NCBI GenBank assembly: GCA_951406725.2
Contig: OX597829.1
Coordinates: 34,720,001 to 34,784,000 of the forward strand
Reading direction: 5' to 3'
Source of the DNA: Octopus vulgaris
Lineage: Eukaryota
Length of the DNA stretch: 64,000 nucleotides
The notes under the pieces were generated by a model, which was given only the letters and a program-made list of their open reading frames with translations, was not told the origin of the DNA and did no database searches. This document shows positions 27,401 to 41,010 of this stretch, one piece after another; within the stretch, counting starts at the first letter, position 1, and each line of letters opens with the position of its first letter. The translations under genes were made by a program, and so were the position numbers.

Positions 27401-28181
27401 TCATCATCATCATCATCATCATCATCGTTTAACGTCCATTCTCCATGCTAGCATGGGCTGGATGGTTCGACCGGGGATCTGGGAAGCCAGAAGGCTGCAC
27501 CAGACTCCAGTCTTATCTGGCAATGTTTCTACAGCTGGATGCCCTTCCTAACGCCAACCACTCCGTGAGTGTAGTGGGTGCTTTTTACGTGCCACCTGCA
27601 CAGGTGCCAGGTGAGGCTGGCAACGGCCACGGTCGGATTGGTGTATTTTATGTGCCACCGGCACGGAAGCCAGTCGAGGCGGCGCTGGCATCGGCCACGA
27701 GTCAGATAGTGCTTTTTACGTACCACCAGACCAGGGATCCTGGCTGGTTCAATTCGATTTCACTTGCCCCAACATGTCTTCGCAAGCAAAGGGGGGTTGG
27801 CATGGGTGCCTGTCGTACGGTCGGATTGGTGTATTTTACATGCCACCGGCACGGAAGCCAGTGGAGGCGGCACTGGCATCGACCACGAGTCGGATAGTGC
27901 TTTTTACGTACCACCAGACCAGGGATCCTGGCTGGTTCAATTCGATTTCGATTTCGCTTCGCTTTCGCTTGCCCCAACATGTCTTCGCAAGCAAAGGGGG
28001 TTGGCATGGGTGCCTGTCGTCGGATGAGGTTCTATATCGACTTCGCTTTGCCTCAACAGGTCTTTGTGTCCAAGCGAGGAAAGGCATTCATAAGTGGGCT
28101 GGGCTCACTTGTCCTGCCTGGTCTTCTCACGTACAGCATATTTCCAAAGGTCTCGGTCGCTGGTCAATTCCTCAGTGAGGC
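27399..28181 (-). mobile_element. Young (ATG)n-tailed RTE-type non-autonomous repeat with internal duplication of about 190 bp
   Basis: (CAT)n + tttaacgtcc...ccatgctagcatggg tail shared with about 10 window copies (e.g. 24857, 28200, 45580, 61712); CpG-rich; 27630-27815 repeated at about 27820-28020. Confidence 0.8.
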
Positions 28182-28689
28182 CTATATATATATATATATC
28201 ATCATCATCATTTAATGTTCGCTTTCCATGCTAGCATGGGTTGGACGGTTTCACTGAGGTCTGGCAAACCAGACTCCAATTTGATCTGACAGAGTTTCTA
28301 CAGCTGTATACCCTTCCTAACGCCAACCACTCCGAGGGTGTAGTGGGTGCTTTTACGTGCCATTGGTACGAGGGCCAGTTTGGTGGTACTGGTAACGGCC
28401 ATGCCCAAATGATGCTTTTTATGTGCCACCTGCACAGGAGCCAGTCCAGCGGCACTGGCAACGACCTCGCGTGCTCAATAAATAAATCATTCGTTTTAGA
28501 ACATTTGAAAGTTAATATTTTGGCATGGATCAATCTATTGGAATAATATATATATATCGTTCATTTTTATGTCTACTTTTCCATGTGGTCATTGTTTCAA
28601 CTTAGTATCTTTCTACTTCTTCATCAACTTCAGATCAGACCTGACTTCTTTTACACATGTCTTCAATTTTACTTTTCTACAGACTTCTT

Positions 28690-29790
28690 CCACTTGCATT
28701 GATTGACACCTTTTCTTTTTACCCAATTATCATTCTTCATGTACATTACATGTCTATACCAGCACAGTCTTCTCTCCTTCATACTGAAGCTGATACTTTT
28801 AATGTCTCTCACTTTTGTTTTATTGTTCATGCACCCAGACATCACATATCCAGCAAAACATGTTCACTCCAGCTCTTTCCAATCTTTGCATATCTTCACA
28901 TTCAGCACCCACATCTCATGACTGCACAGTATCACACTTCATCCACAAGCATCCTACAGTCTGACACTCATTCAGAAAATTAATGTATTTGTTTTCACCA
29001 AAAGTAATAGCTTCTTGTACCACATAATTCTTACTCTGGTTACTCTGGTTACTCACCTCCACTTCAGATTAGATTATCCAGGTAAGAAGTTGCCAACTCC
29101 TGCTAACAAGTTTCCTGTGCAGTTGAAGGACAGGTACTCCTATGTATGTACTACATATAAAATCCCTCACTATCATACTACTTCAGACCCTACACCACCT
29201 TTTGTGCACTCGTTTTTTGTTTGTAGACATTATCAAACTCCTAACTACACACTTGATACACTATATTAAACATAGTCACTTCCCACTTAGTAGCTCTATT
29301 CTGTTTCCTTTTTTGCTAACTAAAATGTGTGTATTTTGGTGAGGTAACCTTAAAGCCGCTTGATTCAAGACTCTCCTTCCACATTCTTCAACTGATTAGG
29401 CTATGAGAAGCAGATTGTTGGTATACAGGAGTTACTGTGAACTGCCAGTCTTCTCTTATGGTTTGCAGAACTATGATAAACAAGAGAGAACTGAAAAATG
29501 CAGGCCTGATGGACTCCTACCTGTAGGGTACATTCCTCACTAAGCTTGTTCTAACTTTCACATTGCTGACACCACTCCTGTACATGGCTTGCATAGCTTT
29601 CATAAGTCATTCTTCTACTCCTAGTTTTCCTATGGAGCATGGTACCCAGTGAAATGCCTTCTCCAAATAAAATAAATTCTAGGTTTTATGATATAGTCCT
29701 GATAAAGAAAAAAATTTTGTAGCTGTCTCACTATGAAGAAGTAGACACAAACAAATTCATCTAAACTAGTTCCTTTGGATTAACTCTACT
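28690..29790 (-). mobile_element. Highly degraded RTE-type LINE relic
   Basis: reverse complement resembles the 20670-21880 copy. Confidence 0.55.
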
Positions 29791-30127
29791 AAAACACCTC
29801 TTTGCCAACGTCTGTCAGTCTCTCTCTTTGTCTCTTATTCTCTCTTTTCTCTCTCTTTTACTCTCACTCTTTCTGTTCCCCACTTCTCTCTCCCCTTCTC
29901 TCTCTTCTCTCCTACTTAGTCTATCAATTTAATACTTCAGTGTTTACTTCAGTCTAAAGCAGCTTCTTTTCCTTTCTGGCACTTCACAATGTTGCTGTTA
30001 TGTCTATCATTAGGGATAACATTTCTGCACTAACTAATTCTCTGAGCATAACCATCATGTGCATTTTTATGTTTTTTAACCAGTTTCCATCTCCTTCTCA
30101 CCATTTTATTTTCTGTTTTTTCCCCAG

Positions 30128-30585
30128 GGACGACATGGGATTAGAAGGACCTGGTGGCAGCAGCTCGTCAGGACACCGTCCAGACTCTCGGTCAAAGGCC
30201 CACCACATAAGGTCACCTGTGCCTCCACACCCACATCACCGTGGTGGTCCACCACCTCCTAGATTGCGTGGTGGGCCTCCACCTCCACATCCATCTCCAA
30301 TGATGACTGCAAAGGGTCACGGTCCCAATTCTGGACCATTAAAGAAGGGCATGCCTCAACCAACCCCACCACCAGGGGATGCCATGTTTGGTCCACCACC
30401 ACCACCAGGGGGCAGCAGTACCGATACACATCGAAGGTCACCGATGTCCAATAAAACTCCCCCACCCCCACCACCAGGAACTCTTCCGCCTCCACCTCAT
30501 CACCTTCATCATTTGCATCATCGGCCACCACCTCCGAGGATGCCAGGTGAAGGCAGGCCACCACCTCCAATGAATGTTGCTCATG
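30128..30585 (+). CDS. MIA3: TANGO1/MIA3-like proline-rich domain exon (DDMGLEGPGG...PPPPMNVAH)
   Basis: ttttttccccag / G|gtaagt; open, GC-rich, many PPP motifs; lies within ORF 30000..30641. Confidence 0.92.
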
Positions 30586-32949
30586 GTAAGTATGCATGTG
30601 TGTATATGTGTACATATATGCCATTGTCATTATCATTTTAATGTTTGTGCAGGCTGTGTGGTAAGAAGCTTGCTTCCCTACTATATGGTTCTGGGTTCAG
30701 TCCCACTGTGTAGCATCTTACACAAGTGTCTGCTACTATAGTCTCAGGCTGACCAAAGCCTTGTGAGTGGATCTTGTAGACAGAAACTGAAAGAAACCTG
30801 TCATATATATATATATATATATATCATCATCATCATCATCATCATCATCATCGTTTAATGTCCACCTGCCATGCATGCATCGGTAGGATGGTTGACAGGA
30901 ACCGGCCAGGTAGAAAAACTACCCTAGGCTAATGTGTCTGTTTTGGCAGTGTGTACTCAGTGCTTTTTACATGACACCAGCACAGGCAGGGTTAGTTTCA
31001 GCATGATTTCTACAGCTGGATGTCCTTGCAAATGCCAACCACATTACAGTGTGGACTGGATGCTTTTAACATGGCACCAGCACCGGCAAGGTAACCAAGT
31101 AACTCGCAAGACAAGGAATTATGAGAGGGGCAAGGGCATGTGAAGAGGTTAGTGTCTTGCCACAACAAAGGGAGCATTAGAGGAAACGATCAAGTATCAG
31201 ATGAAAGGTTAAGCAGAAATATATACATCTCTAAAGTGACAAAGAGCACTAATTAGCACCGGTATTGCTAGAAATAAGAGTCAAAACAATTCGGTGTTGC
31301 TATTGAGTTGTTTTGACTCTTATTTCTAGTAATACTGGTGCTGATTAGTGCCCTGTGTCACTTTGGTGACGTATGTATATATATATATATATTTATGTGT
31401 TTGTCCCCCCACCATCACTTGACAACCGTTTACATCACTGTGACTTAGCATTTCAGCAAATGAGACAGATAGAGTAAGTACTAGGCTTACAAAGAATAAG
31501 TCTTGGGGTTGATTTCTTTGTGAAATTAGAAAGCATGTAAGGATATAATTTTAATAATCTAAGAGGTAGGAAGATATGTGGTGGTCGGGTGCTTGGCTCT
31601 GTGGTTTACAAGTTTGCTTCTCAACCACTTGGTTTCAGGTTCAGTCTCAGTGCGCAATATTTTGGGCAAATGGCTTCTATTATAGCCTTGGACAGACTAA
31701 AACTTTGTAATTGAATTTGATGGATAGAAACTGAAAGAAGCCTCGTATGTGTTTGTATGTATATTTAGGTCTCAATGTCTTGACGTGTGATTGTTGTAAA
31801 CAAGAATCACTGTTGTACATATATGGGGTATCATTTGTTCCCAATATTCTGTGAAAACATATCCAGCTATGGGGGGAAAATAACCTTGCTTGGAAATAGG
31901 TGAGTATTGACAACAGGAAGGGTATCCAGCCCTAGAAATTCTGCCTCATTATGTCTGATCTATACAAGCATGAAAAAGTGAATGTTAAAACAATGGTGTA
32001 TACACACACTAACACACACACACACATATTTTATTTTATTTTAATTCATTTGTTTTTATGTCCATCTTCCCCACATAAACATAAGTTATAAAAATATATT
32101 ATTGAGCCATAATTGAAGAGCTGAACACCCTTCATATCACTGACCCTTACTTGTTTTATCAGAAAGGGATCTTAAATTTCATATGTCTTCAAAGGTGCAA
32201 ACCCAACAGACTATTTGTTGACTAGAGAAATAACATTATTACTTATAACTTGTGATTTTTGAAATACAGAAATGTAAACAAACACACACACACACATACT
32301 TACATTAATCAAAAGACATACTGAGTATGTCTACTTGCTGGAAATAACAGTCAAAACTCTTATTTAAACTGCCAAAAATAGATAATAGAGTTCATAATAT
32401 CTTTGTAAATATTTTCTGCTGAATTATTTACTCTTTATTGGAATTATTTTTCACACTGAAACTGCTATGATTTGGGGAAAATTAAATCAGTTTGCAGCAC
32501 AGGCTTCAATGTGATGGGTTAGGGTTTTTTTTTATCGTGGTAACATGTGCTGAGGAAGGAGAGGCTATAATGCCAGTCCAGAAATCAGTCCACATGAATC
32601 CAAATACTAGAAAATATATAACTGGATGCTATATAGTTATGTTGAAAGATTTTCTTGATCTATTTTCTGTAGTTATTATCAGTGTTATTTTTTCAGCGGT
32701 TTAAATAAGAATTTTGACTGTTATTTCCAGTAAGTAGACATACTCAGTATGTCCTTTGATTAATACAAATTTTAATCCTTCACCTATTTAATGCTTTTTT
32801 GGGTGTGCAATCACCTATATTACTAATTCTCTTATTATTAATTTAATTATGTTACCCTAGATAATAATAGAGTTCATAATATCTTCGTAAATACTTTCTG
32901 CTGAGTTATTTGCTCCTTATTGAAATTATATATATATATATATATATAT

Positions 32950-33372
32950 AAAGGAATATCAAAAAGGGACAAGAATGCAAAACATCCAGACAGACAATAC
33001 AAAAATCAAGGATGGGTCATTTGGAGTTTTCTTTCTTCAGTTGAGTTCCAGATTATCTTTGCAATTTTGGCTGGTTATACTCGAGATTACTCCAATCTGG
33101 CCAGCCCCAAGGAAAAAACTAAGCTAAGAGCACTAGATTCCTGGAAGAAAGCAGCGAATGTATACGAAAACAAGGATGGAAAAAATGGAGAAATGGTACA
33201 CAAATACAAATGCAAATAAAGGACATTAACAACAGGTGTCTTTCAACTAAGAATGAATTAAATTAAGCTGACATGCAGGGACATAAGAGATGATAGGCAT
33301 AGGGAGGAATATAGATGTTGCACAGATGGTAGTCGAACCAAGAAAGAGAGGTCGGGTTTGGCCGAACACCGG
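32950..33372 (-). mobile_element. (TA)n-flanked repeat, probable PLE terminal fragment
   Basis: bounded by TA/CA tracts; minus-strand ggctgg...ccagcc stem followed by aaaattgcaaag and a T-rich tail. Confidence 0.35.
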
Positions 33373-33373
33373 T

Positions 33374-33406
<33 letters not shown>

Positions 33407-34129
33407 CATAATAACACTGTATCAACCAGACTATCAGAGGTTGTTATACATTATTGGTTACAATGCACTTCCATTTCTATCTTCACTTGTATTTGTGGAA
33501 GCATATATCTGAATGATCTTCAGGGTGGCATTTCTTGAGAAACAAATGTCTACCACTCTAATGTATCATGAAGGCAATTGGTAAGCAACAAGTCCATTCT
33601 TTGCTTGCAATGAACCTTCTGCTTTTCCTACATGTCACTTCCATCTCTCTATCTTGCATTTATTTATTCCTTTCCATGTGTTTCATAAAGCCCTTGCACA
33701 TTGCAATGGATATTCTTTCTCTCCTCCATTAGATGAGCCATTTCTGTTCTCCTTGCCAAAGACCTGCAATGGTAGGTACATATGGCAAGCGTTGTTGTTC
33801 AATTCCTTGGTGGTTTATGTATACCTGAGATTCTTAGCAGCCTCTGGTCACTTGGATTTTGCTCCCCTGCCATGGATGCTGAGACCCATTTCTTTGCATT
33901 ATGGTAGCTTTCTAATGAAGTGATTCCTCTTGCTAGGCAGGCAGGCCATGATTACCTCTTCTGTTTAGCTAGTTTCCAACCTCAAGCGAATAAACTATGA
34001 TCTCACTTCAGCAAAACAATCTTTTCGTAGGATTCAGTAGTCCAGTGCCTTTGTAGCTTGGACCTTCTAGGGCATGTGCCCTGCAACCATGACTATGAGA
34101 TACCGAAGCCAGGTTTTACAACATTAATC

Positions 34130-34173
<44 letters not shown>

Positions 34174-34406
34174 AAACTACTCAAATCATTGTTAGAGTAT
34201 CCATATAAGTTGGTTTGGACCGGCTAGTTTGTACTGGTATTGAGTTGTATACATTGTAATAATAATGCCAAACCAAAAAGTGATATTTTGGAATCATTTG
34301 ATGTGTACATTTCAGGTATGCATAGTATATAATAGGAAATGCATCCATTACATAAACTTTTTTCTGTTAAAATACAAACATGATTAATCTTTATTTTCTA
34401 TTGCAG

Positions 34407-34525
34407 GTCACAGAGGCCCAATACCGTACAATATCCCTCCAAGACCAACAGCTTCACAACAAAGTGACTCTCTTCCACAGAGTCGAGGGGAGAAGATGCC
34501 TCCTAGACAACATAGTCAAGTTTAA
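34407..34525 (+). CDS. MIA3: TANGO1/MIA3-like terminal coding exon (GHRGPIPYNIPPRPTASQQSDSLPQSRGEKMPPRQHSQV*)
   Basis: ttgcag acceptor, phase 1 start, TAA at 34523-34525. Confidence 0.85.
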
Positions 34526-34697
34526 GTCCAGGATATATTTAACATGGAGTTAATGTGCTGTTAATTTGTCTTTGGAGATAGTTTAATATATGATTACATA
34601 TATATTTTTAAATGTGTGTGTATGGTTGTTTGTGTGTGTGTTTGTATGTAGGCATGCATATAAATTTATGTGCATGTATGTGTTTATGTGTGTGTTT

Positions 34698-34729
<32 letters not shown>

Positions 34730-35102
34730 CTTACTTTTATGTATGTACACATACATATATCTGTCTCCTCTTGGTCCACTGCTGAATACAGTTGACCAAT
34801 ATACAAACTTAGAGATATCTTGGTTCAGACATGTAATTTTACATAGAATGAACTAGCTGAGTGCGTGTGTGCATGCGTGTGTGCATGCGTGCATGCATGT
34901 GGGAGTATGTGTGTATATATATATGTATACACACATACATATGTACATACATCCACACATGCATACATATACATACAAGCATACAAACATTTTGCATATA
35001 TTAGCTCAGGCGACATTATGTCCCATTTCCTAAGGTATTGGGTTTCTTTTACTTTGTCTGTAAAGTTATTTTGTAAGTAAAAATGTGCAAACACAACATT
35101 GA

Positions 35103-35146
<44 letters not shown>

Positions 35147-35220
35147 AGAAATTTTAGTGGAAATGATACTCCATTTATAGTACAACTGTTTATTGTGCTC
35201 ATTTATGAGCTAAGGAGTAA

Positions 35221-36066
35221 TAAAATTTTTAGTAGAAAATGAAAATTTCGGTTGTCAGTAATTTACATCCAAATATACGAAATCATGCTTCCAGTGATTT
35301 ATAAGACTTGATTGGACAGGATATGTTGTTCCATTCATATACTTTTAGGATCAATAAACACATGTGTATATTAAAATAATTTAAATAATAAAAAATAAAT
35401 GGAGTAAGACATTCTATTTGAATATATATATAACAAAGACATCAGATCATAAGAAATGTGTAGATTCATATATTCGAGGGAGAATAAAAATTGTAAATAG
35501 AGTTCAGTAATATGAGATATGAAGGTAAATGTCACTTAAAAACCTATGTCCGATTCAGAAAATATTAAAGGGCTGTAGGAACAATCTGTATATTCAGCTC
35601 CATTGAAATAATATTTTCTTCTTCAGGGTTCACTGTTTGTGGTAAAGTTCAGTTAAGTTCTACATGATGATTTCCTATTGGTGGGTGGACGTCCTGTATC
35701 TATTTTGTCAATTATATTTTTTAATTATTTAATCATTTGACGTCCAAATGATTTAAGTGACATTTACTTTCATATCTCATATTGCTGAACTCTATTTACT
35801 ATTTTTATTCTCCCTCGAATATATGAATCTACACATTTCTTATGATCTGATGTCTTTGTTATATATATTCAAATAGAATGTCTTACTCCATTTATTTTTT
35901 ATTATTTAAATTATTTTAATATACACATGTGTTTATTGATCCTAAAAGTATATGAATGGAACAACATATCCTGTCCAATCAAGTCTTATAAATCACTGGA
36001 AGCATGATTTCGTATATTTGGATGTAAATTACTGACAACCGAAATTTTTATCTTCTAAAAATTTTA
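35221..36066. repeat. Long inverted repeat (arms of about 315 bp, 35221-35539 and 35752-36066)
   Basis: arms are near-perfect reverse complements; (TA)n tracts on both sides. Confidence 0.95.
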
Positions 36067-36085
36067 TATATATATATATATATAC

Positions 36086-36136
<51 letters not shown>

Positions 36137-39100
36137 GACCAATGGATAGAAAGATAGATAGATGGATGGATAGATAGATATAGTGTTTGCTGTATCAATA
36201 ACATGACTAAATAGCAATATATATATATATGTATTCATAGTGAGATACTGATAGATTAGATATATAGGTAGATAGATGTACACACAAATATGTATGTATA
36301 TATATGTGTGTGTGTGTGTGTGTGTGCTTGTGTGTATGTATATATATATAAATTATATGCACACATAAGTGCATATGATTTTGTTTATATGTATATATAA
36401 ATATCTTTATATGTACTTGCATATTTATGATATTCATGTTAATTTTTCTCTACATAAATATGAATGCACACACACACACACACACACATATATATTGTAT
36501 ATTTATATATACATTTTTTGTATGGTGCCTGTGCATATGTGAGTAGTGTATGCATGAGCACATATATCCATACAAATACACACTCCCATATTTAGGTACA
36601 TGCTCAAATCATATATACATTTATATTTATACATACACAAATATCCGTATGAGTAAGCTCAGAAGACAACAAAAAAGCTTCTTAGTTGTTGCTCAGTCAG
36701 CTAGATATAGTAACAAAATCTCCTTAAAATCATATTTATGGAGTAGCATGTCAGAAGATGTCACCATGGATATTTCTGTCTCCAAAAGAAAAATATTGGA
36801 TAGTCATAGTTCCTTTGATCATGAGTTTATTCAGTCAAGACTAGATCTAACAAACTCATAATTGAAGTTTGTATATATTACTTAAGAGTAATATACATAA
36901 ACATACAGAGAGGGAGGGAGAGAGAGAGAAGTGAGAGAGAGCATATATAGGTGAATGAGTGTGTGTGTATACATGTGTATGTATTATGTATATATATATA
37001 TATATATATATGTATATGTGTGTGTGTATATATGTGTGTGTGTGTGCATATATGTGGATAGGTAAATATACACATACATGTAACATATGTATATATATAT
37101 ATATGGATAGGTAAATATATGCATACATGTATATATATATCATATATAGATATATATACATGTATATATAACATGTATATATATATATTATATATAGATA
37201 TACACGTATGTATATCTATATATATATGTATGTATAATTATATGTGTTTGTATATATATATATGTATACACACACATACACTCCTGTACAGATACACACA
37301 TATATAGGGAGCAAAAGGCTGGAATGCACTTGAGGATTTCATAACATCTGCATACTAAAGAAATATTGAAGGGGACAGCACCTTAGAATGAGTGTTGATA
37401 TTAAGACAGTTTGGCAGTGTCTTGTTATCCTCATATAGACAGACTGTTTGTTGGATAAATAGATAGATAGACAGATATGTATATAGATGGTACAAAGATG
37501 GACTGTCATCATCTGTTTTCTATTGCGACTCTGGCAGAATAATTTCTTATCTCTCTGCTGTTGTTGTATGTAATCCTTTTTTCTTCTATCTTATGTCTTC
37601 TTTTTTTTTACCCTCTGCATCTTCTGTTTTTTTTTTTCTGTCTTTTTTCCTCGATCCATCTTCATTTTGTTTTTTTATTCTCTTGTTTTCTGCCTGTCTG
37701 TCTAATTTCTCTCTGCAGTCTGCTGCTGTCATATTTCCCCTCAGAACTCCCGAACGTTTTTTTGAATGATCCAGAGAAGAGTCTTCTAATTTATTTAAAT
37801 TTCCCTGTTAAATATCTCGAAATAAAAAAATTTAACTAATTCGTAAAAGAAATTAAAAATTTTTTATTTTTCAGTTTTTAAAAACAAATTTTGTTTTGTT
37901 AAATGTAATTATCTGTTATCTTTAAAAAGTAAACAGTAAAGAAAAGTAAGTAGTTCAAAAGAACAAATAAAATCTTTCCACACAAAAACATTTACATTTA
38001 ACATAGGAAAATACAATTCAAAAGCAAAATGAAAATTGCAAAGAAAATAAATAATATGAAAATAAAATTTAAGAAAGAAATAACAAAAAATGTAATTTTT
38101 TTTTTTTTTTTGATAAAAGGTTGTTGTAAAGTGTCTTCAATTACTAAAAGCTATTAGTAAATAAAAAAAAAATAGTAATCATCATTTTAGGTGTGCAGAA
38201 ATTAGTTTCAGAGTTTCAAAGCTGGAATTTTTTATTTTATTTATATAAAATTTTAATTATGTTTAAATTTTAATTACAAAAATATATCAGAACATTTTAA
38301 TTGACTTTTAGAATTTTAATTATAAAAATGGTGTGAATTTCCAGTAACAAATAAATTAGTTTTGATAAAATTTTAATTAAATTTTTAAGAGTCAATTATT
38401 CTTTCATACAAATATTTCAGTAAGAATTTTAAAACAGGCAATATTTTTAAAAAATTTCATTTAAATTTTAACAACGATTAATTTAAAATCAGAGTGAAAT
38501 TCAAATAAACACTTATTAATTATCATTATTAGTTTTTTAAGTGAATTAAAATTAACATTTTTGTAATTAGCATTATTGTTATATTTTTTTGTCTAATTTT
38601 TTTCATGAGTGCTGATAACCAAAATCCTCAGACACACCCATATATGTTGATTTATATGTGTGTGTGCTATACATTTACATACATATATACATACATATGT
38701 ATATGTTTGTATGTGTGTGTATATATATATATGTACATATGTTCATGTATGCATAAGCACACATATCAACACATATGCTCATACCTTAATTTGTGATATT
38801 CACCTTGTTGCATATGCAAGCTGTTTTTATGTTTTCACATTTCAGTTGAGGTTAGACTACAACATAACTAATTAAAAACAACAAAAGAGCAATAACATAC
38901 ACAAAGAAATATTGCCTTACAAAAAAATTCTAATGTATTAAAAAGGTAATGTGATTATGTTAAATGAGCAAATATCCAAATAAGAATGCACACATGCAGC
39001 AAATGTGATTAGCAGATGGAACAAGGCCATTCAAATTTTGCATACTTAGGAATTTTGACAGTTTCAGTATAATTTATTATATACTAATACTGTATCAGAC

Positions 39101-39447
39101 CAATTATCCTACAAACTTGGATCCAGAAGTGGCTTGGATTTTTGTATTTTCCAGTTTTCTGGAGACAGCCTAAATACATACTTGAAATGTATATTAAACT
39201 ATGAAAAGTAAAGAACTAAAATGTGTTCAATAAATTCAAATTAATACATTTCCAAAGCAGGATCTAGCCAATGTTTATTAATCCATTTAAAATTATTAAA
39301 ATATATCATACTGTACCATGTATGTACAGTGTAATGTTTATAAAATGAAAATTAAACAAAGAAAATAAAAAAAAAACAGGGGTGGCAGAAAAATAGGCTT
39401 GGCAGGATACGAATATATACCTATACACACACACACACATACATACC

Positions 39448-39479
<32 letters not shown>

Positions 39480-39549
39480 AGCATACAGAGACCTCTATCT
39501 CTATCATAATTTCAATGCATGTTTCACCCTAAATAACTGCATCTTCTGC

Positions 39550-41010
39550 AACATCACATATTGCCAATTAGTATGGTTCCTGGTCATCTCCACATGGTAC
39601 AGCATCTTCAGGCAAGGCATTTACCACTTCATTTTATATCTTCCTCAATCTCTCCACTTCCACAAGTTCTGCCTACTTGGGGCTCATAGCACTTCTTTTT
39701 GCAGCAGTCTTCCTCCATATGTATCACATAACACAAGCCCCTCTCTCTTGCATGCTACATTTGATTCTCCTTATTGCAGTTTTTCTCTCAGCTCAATTAT
39801 ACTCTGTCATTCATGCACACTTATGTCATACATTCATTAGAACATGCTTGTTTCATTACTTTCTCACCTTCGCAGATCTGCATCCAATACTCATGTTAAT
39901 ACTACTATGCAGTATGTTAGTATCATCATGCATCATACAGTTTGCGTTCACACTGAAAGAGAATGCCTTCTTCACCAGCAGAGTTAATAACTCCCTGAAC
40001 TTTTCCAATCAGTTTTTTACCCTAGCTACTATACATTCAGAATAAACATCTCTACCGCTAATTATGCCACCTGTTTAACAGAAGCTACTCTCTACTTCTA
40101 GTGAACTAGACAATTGTTAAGAAGAATTTTCCTAGCATGCACTAAGTGCTTATTGCCAGTGCCTCTACTTCATAGAAAGCCTGCATTCTCTGTTAGCCTT
40201 CATTTCTCGTGCATGCATAACTTACACCACATAGACTTTCTGTCTGTATTATCCAAGGCCATTTTTCTAATAATACCAGGGTTTTCTTTCCCTGCTAAAT
40301 ATTTTGAGGCCACCTGGTTCTTGGTTTTGTTTCTTTGGTTCTTCTTCCCTAATTCTTCTATAAAATCAGCTATACAATCTAGATCATCATCATAAAGAAG
40401 TTTCCTTGGACAGCTGATTTAGAGTTCCTTTGTGATGGTTTGTAAGACTTATGAATAGGAACAGTTTAGGACTGAGCCTTGATGAATACTTACCTTCATG
40501 CTAAATTCAGTATCAGCTCTTACTTTACTGACTGTACCTTTGTATATAGCTTGTGCAATCTTTACAAACCATTCATCTACTCCTAGTTTCTTAGTGACCA
40601 CAAGATTAGTGAATGTAACACCATGTCAAAGATCTTCTCCAAGTCAAATAATGCTAGGTGTTGCAGCTTATTGTTTGGTACATATTTCTCCTGCAGTTGC
40701 TGGTGTATGTATTACTTTTAGGCATAAAACTGAACTGCATCTTATCTGTCTATCATCATAATCAATTATGCCATGACCCTTTCTCTGACCATAACCTGGT
40801 CCAACAATTTAATGCTTCCATACTTCCCTCTCACTAAAGCATCTTCTCTGCCCTAGTAACAATTTCTATAGATACTGCCAATCATGAGGTATGACACCTT
40901 CATGCATTACTTGATTAACTGTTCAGGTGACTAGCATGTATCCTACTTCACCAGATATTTTGAGTGCCCCAAAAGTTATTTCTGAAGGGCCAACAGCTTT
41001 TTCTACCTTC
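39550..41010 (-). mobile_element. RTE-type LINE RT relic
   Basis: reverse complement shows degenerate IHQGSVL and LLYDDDL; colinear with the 20670 copy. Confidence 0.75.

Noticed and set aside
30000-30641. 213-aa ORF as a standalone gene
   Set aside because: It is an internal TANGO1 exon plus intronic read-through at both ends
36029-37307. YI/HT/CV-rich ORFs
   Set aside because: Translations of (TA)n, (CA)n and (TG)n microsatellites
37800-38600. AATAAA-rich block as the TANGO1 polyadenylation site
   Set aside because: Too many AATAAA matches in extreme AT content to assign without transcript data
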